From Desulfovibrionales bacterium (lineage in GTDB: Bacteria; Desulfobacterota; Desulfovibrionia; Desulfovibrionales; JBKHAV01), in the NCBI GenBank assembly GCA_046542715.1, contig JBKHAV010000003.1, positions 1 through 61,609 of the forward strand: a stretch of DNA of 61,609 bases, in the 5' to 3' direction. The notes under the pieces were generated by a model. That model was not told where the DNA came from and did not search any database. It saw only the letters and a program-made list of their open reading frames with translations. Positions within the stretch are counted from its first letter, which is position 1. Each line of letters begins with the position of its first letter. The translations under genes were made by a program, and so were the position numbers. Shown one piece after another: positions 1 through 9,119 of this stretch.

Positions 1-55
1 GGTTGCCAGCGAGTTTTTTGAACAGTCTGCAGAATACGACTTTGTCAGCATTCTG

Positions 56-80
56 GGGCGGCATTCAGCCGCCCTTTTTT
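56..80 (+). terminator. Rho-independent terminator (GGGCGGC / ATTCA / GCCGCCC followed by T6)
   Basis: 7-bp GC stem 56-62/68-74, 5-nt loop, TTTTTT at 75-80. It closes a + strand unit lying mostly upstream of the window. Confidence 0.75.
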
Positions 81-178
81 ATGGACGTGACCGGACCGGG
101 GTGGGACCCGCGGGATTGCCATTCCGAGGATGTCCGGGCATAAGGTTGTTACCACACTCTTTTCAGACAGGGGGAAAT

Positions 179-406
179 ATGCCCACGGCCGTGAAGTCCA
201 GCAAACTCATGATGAAGCTCATCGACGGGACGCTGCTTACAGGGATGACGAATATCCAGGACAACAGCAGGGTCTCGGACGCACTCAATGCGCAGGACAG
301 GCAGTTCGTCACCCTGTATGACGTTTCCATTGAAGGAAACAGGGGAAAGGTCTTGTTCATCAACAGAAATTCCATCATATGGTCCATGCCCATTGAAGAA
401 GAATGA
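179..406 (+). CDS. small hypothetical protein (75 aa)
   Basis: ATG at 179 with GGGGGA 4-10 nt upstream. Same frame as track ORF 101..406, whose GTG start sits just downstream of the terminator. No family recognised. Confidence 0.55.
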   Translation: MPTAVKSSKLMMKLIDGTLLTGMTNIQDNSRVSDALNAQDRQFVTLYDVSIEGNRGKVLFINRNSIIWSMPIEEE

Positions 407-427
407 ACCGCAGGAAGGGGAAAAGCG

Positions 428-715
428 ATGAAAAAAATGATCGGTACGGTAGTTATCCTGCTCTGCACCACGTTGGTGTTTGCCGCAGGCGAAGCAACAA
501 AAAACCAATCCGGGGAGCAGATCGTGAACGAGGCCTGCGGCAACTGTCACTCCATGGACAGGATTTGCTATAACCTGGACCGGGAACGGGATTACTGGAT
601 CGCTACAGTCCACAGGATGATCGCCAATGGTGCGCCGATTTCCACGGACCAGGTCGAGCCGGTGGCGGACTTTCTCGTGTCTGTCGATGCCGGGTCAGCA
701 CCGTTCTGCCGCTGA
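428..715 (+). CDS. secreted monoheme c-type cytochrome (95 aa)
   Basis: Signal peptide MKKMIGTVVILLCTTLVFAAG, single CGNCH haem motif, downstream W..TVHRM segment as candidate axial Met. GGGGAAAAG RBS. Confidence 0.8.
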   Translation: MKKMIGTVVILLCTTLVFAAGEATKNQSGEQIVNEACGNCHSMDRICYNLDRERDYWIATVHRMIANGAPISTDQVEPVADFLVSVDAGSAPFCR

Positions 716-716
716 T

Positions 717-1619
717 TCAGGCGTCCTGCATCTGGCTTTTTATCCTGCAGACCACGCACAGATCGGCTGAACTGGGAAACCCGCATGAAGTACAGGCCGC
801 CAGGGTGGTCTCCCGTTGGCGCTTGAGCGCTTCAAAGGCCGCACGCCCTTTTTTGAGATAGCCTTCATAGAAGCTGATCCGCCGGCCGGGCTGTTCGGCC
901 TCCAACTCTTCCCAGAGGGATTTGTAGAAAGTGAAGGTGGCTCCCTTGCTGAACGGACAGGGGTGATAACCGTACTCGATCCCCTGCATAAAACAGAAGT
1001 TCGCGGTCTCGAACTCGGAGAGCCGGTAGAGCGGCTTGACTTTTTTTGCGAATCCGTTTTCCCCCGGCAGGAGCGGACTCTGCCCGGAAAGATAGTCCTG
1101 GTCCCAGGAGAGCACGTTGGAAAAGAGACGGGAGACCTCGTCGTTCAGATTGTGTCCGGTGGCAAGGGCGGTAAACCCGTTTTCAACGGCAAAACGGTTG
1201 AAATAGTGGCGCTTCACGGAACCGCACACAGAGCAAATGGGTCTGCGGATCCGTTTTTTCACCTCCGGCATGGCCAGCCCCTCTGCCGCTGTTTCCAGTA
1301 CATGCAGGGCAATGTCATGTTTTCGGCAGAACGTTTCCGTATACTGCCTGGCCAGAAGTGAGGACCGGCCGATACCCAGATCGATGTGCAGGCCGGTGAC
1401 ATCGTATCCAAGATCCTTCAGCTGCCATGTCAGGGCCAGGGAGTCTTTGCCCCCGCTGATGGCCACCAGCACCCGGTCCTCGGGTTCCAGAAGTTTCATC
1501 TTCTTGATGGAGCGCTGCACCTGATTTTTGAAAAACAGCAGAAAACAGGGTTTGCAGAACCCGGCATGATGGCTGGGAAGAGCGACCACAGCGTGTTCTT
1601 TGCAGCGTGAGCACTTCAT
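717..1619 (-). CDS. TtuA/Ncs6-type PP-loop ATPase (tRNA 2-thiolation family)
   Basis: SGGKDS PP-loop; N-terminal CSRC..CKPC and C-terminal CTSC..CVVC zinc-finger pairs; CSVCG cluster motif. Confidence 0.8.
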   Translation of the reverse strand: MKCSRCKEHAVVALPSHHAGFCKPCFLLFFKNQVQRSIKKMKLLEPEDRVLVAISGGKDSLALTWQLKDLGYDVTGLHIDLGIGRSSLLARQYTETFCRKHDIALHVLETAAEGLAMPEVKKRIRRPICSVCGSVKRHYFNRFAVENGFTALATGHNLNDEVSRLFSNVLSWDQDYLSGQSPLLPGENGFAKKVKPLYRLSEFETANFCFMQGIEYGYHPCPFSKGATFTFYKSLWEELEAEQPGRRISFYEGYLKKGRAAFEALKRQRETTLAACTSCGFPSSADLCVVCRIKSQMQDA

Positions 1620-1621
1620 TT

Positions 1622-1825
1622 TTATCCTCTGGAAGTGACCTGGCGGACGGTTATGCGGTCACCGGAATGGATGCGTTGATCAGGGGTGAGCAGTTCTCCA
1701 TCCCTGATGATCAGAGCCGATGTCGGCCGGAGGTTCAGCTTGTTCAAGAGCTGCAGCACGGTATTGAGTCGATCGAACTGCACTGTTTTTTCGTCAGGTT
1801 CAAGATGAATCTCAACCATTTGCAA
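1622..1825 (-). CDS. ThiS/MoaD-like beta-grasp sulfur-carrier candidate (67 aa), C-terminus ...VTSRG
   Basis: Its size, the SGDRITVRQVTSRG tail that resembles the ThiS tail, and a stop only 2 nt before the start of the PP-loop gene. Confidence 0.6.
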   Translation of the reverse strand: MQMVEIHLEPDEKTVQFDRLNTVLQLLNKLNLRPTSALIIRDGELLTPDQRIHSGDRITVRQVTSRG

Positions 1826-1931
1826 AGTCTCGCGCGATAAGGTTTTCTCGGTGCGACGGCATTTTTCCTTCGCATGATTTTTTTTCTATGATACAAGGAC
1901 GGTAACACATTTGCTCACGGGAGGTCCGGAC

Positions 1932-2339
1932 ATGGCGAAGAACACGATACTGGTCATTGATGATGAAGTGCATATACGCATGCTGTATCAGGAGGAGCTG
2001 GAAGCCGATGGGTATAAGGTTTTAACCTCCGACGGAAGTGAAAACATCATCTCCCTGGTCGAGCGGGAAAAACCCGACGTCGTGGTCCTGGACATCAAGC
2101 TGGGTCCTGATCGTTCCGGCCTGGACCTGCTCCAGGAGATCCGCCGCTCCGAATTTCAGGACCTACCAGTTATCCTGTGCACGGCCTACGACACCTTTCA
2201 GCATGATTTCAAATCCATTGCCGCTGACTATTACGTGATCAAGTCCATAGATCTTACCGAATTGAAATCCAAGATCAAGCAGGCCCTTGAGAAATCAGGC
2301 AAGCAGCCCGCAGGAGAGGAGACATCCTCCAAGGCCTGA
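1932..2339 (+). CDS. stand-alone CheY-like response regulator receiver
   Basis: ILVIDDE...VVVLDIKLGP...ILCTAY receiver motifs. GGGAGG RBS before the ATG at 1932. Confidence 0.9.
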   Translation: MAKNTILVIDDEVHIRMLYQEELEADGYKVLTSDGSENIISLVEREKPDVVVLDIKLGPDRSGLDLLQEIRRSEFQDLPVILCTAYDTFQHDFKSIAADYYVIKSIDLTELKSKIKQALEKSGKQPAGEETSSKA

Positions 2340-2399
2340 TGCAGACAGAAAAACCTGTTGGTCCCCTGCCATCGATTTTTTGAACCGGTTTCGGCCCCC

Positions 2400-3416
2400 T
2401 TATTTCCGAGGCTTGATCTGATATTTGTAGACCGCAGCATTATGCTCCTTGAGCGTTTTGCTGAAGTGGTGACTTCCATCCCCCTTGGCTACGAAATAGA
2501 GATAGTTGTGCTGCTCCGGATTGGCCACCGCCAGCATGGAGGCCAGTCCCGGAGAGCAGATCGGCCCCGGGGGGAGCCCCTTGTGCTGATAGGTGTTGTA
2601 GGGGTTCGAGGGGTCATTGAGGTGTACTCTTCTCAGATTGCCGTCAAATTCGGTGCCCAGCCCATAGATGATCGTGGGGTCGGCCTGCAGGAGCATGCCA
2701 CGTTCGATGCGGTTGAGGTAGACTCCGGCAACAGTGGCCCGCTCTGATGGTACTGAGGTCTCCTTCTCCACCAGGGAGGCGATGATCACGAGCTGCATGA
2801 CCTCTTCGGAGGTGGGCGTTTCATCGGGCCAGACCAGCGGGGCCGCCTGAGTCCAGAACCCCTTGAGCAATGTTTCCACGACCGGGCGTGCGCTCTGGTT
2901 CTTGGGGCGGGGCAGATAATAGGTCTCTGGAAACAAAAACCCTTCGGCAGTGTCCCCGGGGATGTTGTAGGCCTCAAGCAGGGTTCTGTCCCTGATACTT
3001 TCAGCAAAGCTTTCCACGTCCGTAAGTCCCGTGGCGGCGATGATCTCTCCGGACTGCCACCAGGTCAGGCCTTCGCGAAGCTGGACTTTGTACAGGACCG
3101 GCCGGCCCGCAACAAGAGAGCGCAGGATTTCGGAAGGTGTCCAGCCCGAGTTCAAGCGGAACTCCCCGGCCTTGATGCCCTGATCCTTCTCGGTCAGCTT
3201 GCCCAAAAGCAGGAACTTCCAGCTGCTGGTGATGACGCCTTTTTCCTCCAGTTGCTCGGCCACTCCCCTGAAGGTTCCGCCCTCAGGGACCTCGATGATG
3301 ACATCCTCTCCGGGGTACTGGGCCGGAGTGGTGAAAAAGGTGTAGGTCTGGTGGGCAAGGACAAGAGCTGCGGCGAAAAACATCAGGAGTGCAAGGAAAA
3401 GAATTCGTTTTCTCAT
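2400..3416 (-). CDS. mltG: endolytic murein transglycosylase MltG (YceG family)
   Basis: N-terminal TM anchor and YceG-like body (..ASLVEKE.., ..NTYQHKGLPPGPI..). 4-nt overlap with ruvX, the conserved ruvX-mltG pair. Confidence 0.9.
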   Translation of the reverse strand: MRKRILFLALLMFFAAALVLAHQTYTFFTTPAQYPGEDVIIEVPEGGTFRGVAEQLEEKGVITSSWKFLLLGKLTEKDQGIKAGEFRLNSGWTPSEILRSLVAGRPVLYKVQLREGLTWWQSGEIIAATGLTDVESFAESIRDRTLLEAYNIPGDTAEGFLFPETYYLPRPKNQSARPVVETLLKGFWTQAAPLVWPDETPTSEEVMQLVIIASLVEKETSVPSERATVAGVYLNRIERGMLLQADPTIIYGLGTEFDGNLRRVHLNDPSNPYNTYQHKGLPPGPICSPGLASMLAVANPEQHNYLYFVAKGDGSHHFSKTLKEHNAAVYKYQIKPRK

Positions 3417-3838
3417 AGTGCAACGGCCCTTTCAGGGTCGGAAAGATACATTTCGAGAATTCTGGCGGCAGCGAGCTGGTCAAGGACTGCCTTGCGCTTG
3501 GCCGGTTTAATCCCCGTACCCAGGAGTTGCTGCTCCGCCTCAAACGATGTCAGTGTCTCATCCACCAGGAACACAGGGAGCCCGGATTCTTTTTTCAGCT
3601 CCCGGGCGAAATTGCGGGCCTGGCGGGTGGTCAGCTGCTCCTGGCCCTCTTCCGTCAGGGGGAGACCCACGACCAGGGTCTCGATCCCTTCCGAGCGGAT
3701 GATCCGAACCAGCGATTCCACGAGATCCTTGCCGGTGTTTCGGACCAATGTCTCGTACGGCAGGACCAGCGACCCGGACGGATCACTAATCGCAGTGCCC
3801 ACCCGCTTCATGCCGAAGTCGACCCCCAGGTAACGCAT
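3413..3838 (-). CDS. ruvX: Holliday-junction resolvase-like nuclease RuvX/YqgF
   Basis: MRYLGVDFGMKRVGTAISD start motif. ATG at 3838, 2 nt after the upstream stop. Confidence 0.9.
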   Translation of the reverse strand: MRYLGVDFGMKRVGTAISDPSGSLVLPYETLVRNTGKDLVESLVRIIRSEGIETLVVGLPLTEEGQEQLTTRQARNFARELKKESGLPVFLVDETLTSFEAEQQLLGTGIKPAKRKAVLDQLAAARILEMYLSDPERAVAL

Positions 3839-3840
3839 GA

Positions 3841-6800
3841 TCAGACCGAAACCGTCCTCGCCATGTTCTGCTCCTGAGCTGCCAGCACGATACGGACGAA
3901 TTCCCGGTCCCACCTCTCTCCGCACATCAGTTCCGCCAGATACTCGACCGTGTGCAGCACCTGAACCGGACTCTTCATCTCCTTGAGGGTCCTTGAGATG
4001 CCCACTTTGCAGGAAGGACAGCCGACAACCAGAGGGCCTTCGTGACCATAGAGGTCCCGCTCCAGATATTCTCGTTTCCGGGACCGGATGAGATTGTAAA
4101 TCTCAGGCGACGTGAGTGCACCCATGCCGCTCTCCCCGCAGCATCCCGGGCTCGGAGTCACGGAGGACCCGGTGATCCTGGCAAGTTCTCCGGCGTATAT
4201 CTGTCCGGCTTTGAGGGGGGGCACCCCGGACCATTCCGAATGACAGGCCTGATGGTACACAATATCGGGTGCTTCACCCTGGAATGCCGGGATCCTGGTC
4301 ATCACGAACTGGACCACATCCTGATGGGTCAGGTCAAGACTGAGGGCATGTCCCAGCCCGTATTCTTCAATGGATCCCCGGCAGGTTCCACAGGAGGTCA
4401 GCGAATGGGTGATGGAGAGCCCCTGGTCCGAGGCCTCGTTCAGGAGGCCGCGAATTCCTTGGATATTCGCCTGCCGGTTTTTCCGGTAGGCTTCATCACA
4501 TCCGGAGGCAAGCAGCGGGTAACCGCAGCACATGTGCTTCGGAGGAACCACGACGCTGACCCCGCTCTTGAGCAGGAGCAAAATGGCGGCCTGGCCGATG
4601 CTCCGGTAGAAGAGGCTCGCCCCGCACCCCGGGAAATAAAAGACGGCTTTGCCGTTGTGTCCCTTGTCAGGAGTGAGAATCCACCCCTTGCCGAGCTTCA
4701 GGCTTTCCTGCAGGTTTTTGTAGCCCAGGTCCGGACCCTGGCCGCGCAGCAACGGACTCTCCAGCCGTTTGCGCCAGGGTGCGGGTATCAGGCCCACAGT
4801 CTTGTTCTGGACCGTCTGGCCCACGGAAGCGAATTTGGCCGCCATAGGGAGGCGTGTGGCAGGATCGGTGATCAGATAGTTGAGGACCCGGTTTTTAACG
4901 GGATGGCCGGACGCTTCCTTGTTGCCGAGAAAAGAGCGCAGCCCCAGGGTGACTTCAGAGGAGTTGATCTTGACCGGGCAGACCGAAGTGCATTTGCCGC
5001 AGGCTGTGCAGTGTTCCACTATCCGCCGCAGGACCCCCAGGAGTTCGGGATCGGGCTTTTTCAGGATGATCTGGGAGTAGTAGACCGCCTCGATGAGCGC
5101 GCCGAAGGTGATGTTCTTGTTTCTGGGGTGAAACATGAGCCCCTGCTCCGGATAGTACATGGGGCAGACCTGCTTGCACTTGCCGCACCGGGTGCAGGTC
5201 TGGATGTTGGTGAGCAACCGGATCAGGGTCTCCTTGCCGGGCAGAGCGGTCTTGTCGATGTCTTGAATGAGCCTGTTGAAAGAGAAGGTGTACGGCTTGA
5301 CCGGCAGTTTCCGCTGCACCAGCTTGCCCGGGTTGAGCACCCCGTTTGGGTCGATGGACTGTTTGTAGGCCCGAATGGCTTCGATCTTCTCCTCGGAAAG
5401 AAATGCGATCTTGGTGATACCGATGCCGTGCTCCCCGGAGACCTGGCCGTTGAGGGACATGACCCGCTCAAAAACGCGTTCCGCAGCTTCCTCGGCCAGA
5501 TGAAGCATTTCAGGGTCGTTGGAGTTGACCGGGATGTTCACATGGCAGTTGCCGTCTCCGGCATGCATGTGGTTGGCCACGATGATCCGGGTGGACTGCA
5601 TCCTGGCGAGGATTTTCTCCAGCTCAGCCGAAAGTTTGGGATATCGGTTGCGCAGATCCAGGAAAAAGTAATGGATCTGCACGGCGAATTCCTGCTCGGC
5701 AAGTTCCTCGGTGCTGATCTTGCCCCGGAGAATATCCGTGGTCACCTCGAGTTCCATCTGAATGAATTCATCGCCCACGGTGACCCCGGGCAGGGCTGCA
5801 GCCTGATCCAGGGCTTTGCGGTAGGCCAGGGCCAGGTAGTAGAGGTTGAGTTCCTCCAGAAAGTCTGAAAACTCCGGGATGACCTCCAGGGGAATGACGA
5901 TGTCCTCGTTGATCTTGAATCCACTGGTCCGGCGGGCAATGGCGGAAAGCTTGTGCCGGTCCTCCCAGAAGTATTCGGCCTGCTTGTCGTCTGTGGCCAC
6001 GAACACATCGACCTTGTCGTATGGCCCGGCAATGTCCACGATGCTTCCGACCGCCTGATCCAGAGCCTGCTCGTCATTGGAATCGAGCTGGAGCAGGAGC
6101 ACGGAAATGGGCTCCCCTTCGTAGGTGTTGGACTTTTTGTGGTATTCGATGGCCTGGACGTATTTGGTGCCAAACTCCTCGAGGGCGGAAATTTTGACCA
6201 GGTCCCCCTGCTTGCGGATGGTGTCCCGAAGCGCCACCACATCCTTGATGACGAGCATGGCATGGTGCATGGACCGGCCGAAAAATTCCAGGCACAGGGT
6301 CCGGGAATGGGTGAGCTTGGGGTGCAGGGTAAAGCAGGCCTCGGTGATGATCCCGTCCAGACCCTCCTTCTGCACGGCGGGCAGGCCGCCCAGAAACTTG
6401 TCGGTCACGTCCTTGCCCAGTCCGGCGGAGCGAAAGTCCTCCCCGCGCATGGTCAAGGTTTGCTTGAGTGCTCCGTTTGAATCCAGAATTTCAAAGACCA
6501 CGGTCTCATGGGGCAGAATCTTGTGCCGGGGATGGTCCCTGCGCCGGACCGTAATGACTTCGCCGGTGGGCTGAACCATGGTGTAGGAAAGAATATTGTC
6601 CAGCGTGGTTCCGTATTCAAACGCAAAAGGGCCGCCGGCGTTTTCCGCGATATTGCCGCCCAGGGAGGAGGCGGCCTTGGATGCCGGGTCCACCGTAAGG
6701 ACAAGCCCCTCCTTGGCCGCAGCCTGGATGGCGTTTAGAGTGATGACCCCGGTCTGGGCGCACAGCACCATTTTCGTGGTGTCGATCTCGGTGATCTTCT

Positions 6801-7374
6801 TCAGCTTGCTCAAGCTCAGGACCACAGCCCTGCGGTGGCCGGGGACGGCGCCGCCTGTAAGTCCGGATCCTCCGCCGCGGGCGACCAGGTGGAAGTTCAT
6901 GGTGTTGGCCAGCCGGAGGATGTCCCGGATTTGTTCCGTGGAATCGGGAAACAGGACCAGCAAGGGGAGTTCCATGCGCAGGTCAGTGGCGTCTGTGGCG
7001 CATTCCACGCGGGTATGGGGCGAGGAGTCGATGGATTTTTCAGGTAAAATTTCCTTCAAGCGCCTGATCAGGGATTTGCGAAACTCCATGTCCTGCTGAT
7101 ACTCGTCCCAGAAGGTCTCCAGACCCTGCATCAGAACCTGGGCATACTCCGGCGAAAGGGTGGATTCGTTCTGCAGGCGAGTGCTCACGCTTCTCCAGAC
7201 CATGTCCGCTGGAATAAACGGATTATAGCGGATGAGGAAGAGTTCCTCGATCAGGGTGTAGGTCAGTTCCCGGACTGATTCGGGCCATGTCTTGAACTCG
7301 GCCGGGGCAATCTTCAGGACTCTGTCCAGAAGCTGGTCTGCGGAAATGGAAATATGGGGCGATTTATTTAGCAT
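3841..7374 (-). CDS. FAD-linked oxidase fused to 2x[4Fe-4S] ferredoxin and 2x CCG domains (GlcD/GlcF-like, 1177 aa)
   Basis: RGGGSGLTGGAVP FAD-binding-4 motif; CTRCGKCKQVCP and CTACGKCTSVCP cluster motifs; HMCCGYP and PGCCGESG CCG motifs. Confidence 0.9.
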   Translation of the reverse strand: MLNKSPHISISADQLLDRVLKIAPAEFKTWPESVRELTYTLIEELFLIRYNPFIPADMVWRSVSTRLQNESTLSPEYAQVLMQGLETFWDEYQQDMEFRKSLIRRLKEILPEKSIDSSPHTRVECATDATDLRMELPLLVLFPDSTEQIRDILRLANTMNFHLVARGGGSGLTGGAVPGHRRAVVLSLSKLKKITEIDTTKMVLCAQTGVITLNAIQAAAKEGLVLTVDPASKAASSLGGNIAENAGGPFAFEYGTTLDNILSYTMVQPTGEVITVRRRDHPRHKILPHETVVFEILDSNGALKQTLTMRGEDFRSAGLGKDVTDKFLGGLPAVQKEGLDGIITEACFTLHPKLTHSRTLCLEFFGRSMHHAMLVIKDVVALRDTIRKQGDLVKISALEEFGTKYVQAIEYHKKSNTYEGEPISVLLLQLDSNDEQALDQAVGSIVDIAGPYDKVDVFVATDDKQAEYFWEDRHKLSAIARRTSGFKINEDIVIPLEVIPEFSDFLEELNLYYLALAYRKALDQAAALPGVTVGDEFIQMELEVTTDILRGKISTEELAEQEFAVQIHYFFLDLRNRYPKLSAELEKILARMQSTRIIVANHMHAGDGNCHVNIPVNSNDPEMLHLAEEAAERVFERVMSLNGQVSGEHGIGITKIAFLSEEKIEAIRAYKQSIDPNGVLNPGKLVQRKLPVKPYTFSFNRLIQDIDKTALPGKETLIRLLTNIQTCTRCGKCKQVCPMYYPEQGLMFHPRNKNITFGALIEAVYYSQIILKKPDPELLGVLRRIVEHCTACGKCTSVCPVKINSSEVTLGLRSFLGNKEASGHPVKNRVLNYLITDPATRLPMAAKFASVGQTVQNKTVGLIPAPWRKRLESPLLRGQGPDLGYKNLQESLKLGKGWILTPDKGHNGKAVFYFPGCGASLFYRSIGQAAILLLLKSGVSVVVPPKHMCCGYPLLASGCDEAYRKNRQANIQGIRGLLNEASDQGLSITHSLTSCGTCRGSIEEYGLGHALSLDLTHQDVVQFVMTRIPAFQGEAPDIVYHQACHSEWSGVPPLKAGQIYAGELARITGSSVTPSPGCCGESGMGALTSPEIYNLIRSRKREYLERDLYGHEGPLVVGCPSCKVGISRTLKEMKSPVQVLHTVEYLAELMCGERWDREFVRIVLAAQEQNMARTVSV

Positions 7375-7641
7375 ATCGTCCTAAATATTCTTGAGTTTGT
7401 AAGGCGTTGCCGGGCAGTGGGGACCGGCCCTTGCGGCGGGCTAGTGACGTACAGGAAAACGAATTTCATAGCCACATACGGAGATAAAGGCAAGGACGGG
7501 ATAGTCAAGGCGGCGGTCCGGAAGAGTTTTGCTGTCCGTACAGGTGTCCTCTCTCCGCGCCGGGCCGGAGAAGCGAGCCCAGACCGAGAGCCGCCGAGAA
7601 ACGGGCTGCTCAGAGGGGGCGAGCTGTCCGGAAAAAAGAGT

Positions 7642-8976
7642 CTATCCCGTGTGATCGAGTGAGATTTGCTCGACACCCATGGCGCGGTAAAGCTGGGAGA
7701 GGGCGGTCTTGTAGTCTGTGAATGCCCGGGTGAGGTCTACTTCCGCCTGGGTCAATCTGGCCTGGGCGTCGAGTACGTCGGTATAGGTTCCCACCTGATT
7801 CTCGTATCGTGCCTGAGACATCCTGAACCCTTCCTTGGCGGCTGCAACCGCGGTTCTGGCCACATCGATCCTGGAGGCGGCTTCGCGGACATTGAGAAAG
7901 GCGGATTTGACCTCGAAATGGATCTCTTCCCTGAGCCGCTCCAGTTCAGCACGAAGCCGCTCTACATTCTGCCGTTCCCGTTTAAACGTGTAGTAATTTG
8001 TTCCGGAGGCGAACAGCTCCCATTCCAATGCGGCACCGGCCCGCCAGTCGTCCTTGTCCTGGAAATCGGTCCCCTGGAGTCTGGGGTCATCGCCGAGCCG
8101 GGAGTACTGGAAATTGGCATTGACCTTGGGATAGAAATCGCTGCCTGCGATTGTGACATCTTTTTGGGCCAGGGCCACGCTTTTTTCAGCAATGGTCAGG
8201 TCCGGACGCAGAAGCATGGCCTTTTCCAGGCTCTGCTCAAAGGTCAGCGGATAGGGGGTGAAGTCCAGACGGCCGACATACTCCACCTCTTTTTCCGTGG
8301 GCCAGCTCAACAGGGTGTTCAAACGGGCGTATTGCACGGCCAGATTGTTTTGGGCGGCCAGAAGATCCTGCCGGGCTCGGGCCAGGTCGGCTTCGGTCTG
8401 CAGGACATCCAACTTGGGGCGCAGCCCCACGTCGAAAAAGGCGGTGGAAACTTTGAACTGGGATTCGAGTCGTGTGACCGCGTCTTCGGCACTGCGGATG
8501 TTCTCCTCGGCCTGAAGGTAGGCGAGAAAGTTGGATTGAATGTCAAAGATCAGCTGCAGCCGCGCCTGGCGAAGGTTCTCCCGGGCCACATCCGTGTTCA
8601 GCACGGATTGTTGATAGGTCGAGAGGATTTCAAATCCGGTGAACAAAGGTTGCGTAAGCGTGAGGCTCCCCTGCCACAGCTCGTCACTGATGGCGGTATC
8701 CCCCCCGGCAGTGGCGCCCGAAGAGAAGCCGGTTGTGGAGTCGGTGTCATACTTGGTGTAGGAGTAGGCGCCCGTGAGCCGGGGGCCAAAAAGACCCCGT
8801 GCCGCTTTGCGGCCCATTTCCGCGGCCTGGAGGTTGTTTCTCGCGGCCAGAATGGAATTGTTCGCCTCGAGCCCGATCTTCACCGCTTCTTCCATGTCCA
8901 AAACGGTTTGCGCCCGGGACGCGGGACAGAAGAACAGCAGGAGGAGGAGAATGAGCATTGAAACACGGAAAGTCAT
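7642..8976 (-). CDS. TolC-family outer membrane efflux protein
   Basis: Signal peptide MTFRVSMLILLLLLFFCPASRAQ. Two long coiled repeat halves typical of OEP proteins. GGAG RBS before the ATG at 8976. Confidence 0.85.
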   Translation of the reverse strand: MTFRVSMLILLLLLFFCPASRAQTVLDMEEAVKIGLEANNSILAARNNLQAAEMGRKAARGLFGPRLTGAYSYTKYDTDSTTGFSSGATAGGDTAISDELWQGSLTLTQPLFTGFEILSTYQQSVLNTDVARENLRQARLQLIFDIQSNFLAYLQAEENIRSAEDAVTRLESQFKVSTAFFDVGLRPKLDVLQTEADLARARQDLLAAQNNLAVQYARLNTLLSWPTEKEVEYVGRLDFTPYPLTFEQSLEKAMLLRPDLTIAEKSVALAQKDVTIAGSDFYPKVNANFQYSRLGDDPRLQGTDFQDKDDWRAGAALEWELFASGTNYYTFKRERQNVERLRAELERLREEIHFEVKSAFLNVREAASRIDVARTAVAAAKEGFRMSQARYENQVGTYTDVLDAQARLTQAEVDLTRAFTDYKTALSQLYRAMGVEQISLDHTG

Positions 8977-9119
8977 ACACAACTCCATAGCATCATCGCA
9001 GTGGTCATATTTGACCAATATCGAATTGTTGAGGCTCAGTTTACGTCAACAGTTGAAAATAGGCGGTGTCCAAGAGATTGTCCACCCACATTGTTCCCTT
9101 TCCTGCCACGCCAGGTTGC

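Noticed and set aside
1-100. 3' end of an upstream CDS at the window edge
   Set aside because: Frame 1 stops at 19-21, frame 3 stays open to 151, and frame 2 is continuous with ORF 101..406. With under 60 nt before the terminator I cannot decide which frame, if any, is coding.
4042-5868. 608-aa + strand ORF, and similar long ORFs at 7666..8961, 11216..12157, 13008..13952, 19819..21096, 32152..33204, 42588..43988, 45728..47029 and 58910..59968
   Set aside because: All lie antisense to, or out of frame with, genes that have strong family motifs. Their translations are Gly/Arg/Pro-rich low-complexity typical of shadow ORFs in GC-rich DNA.
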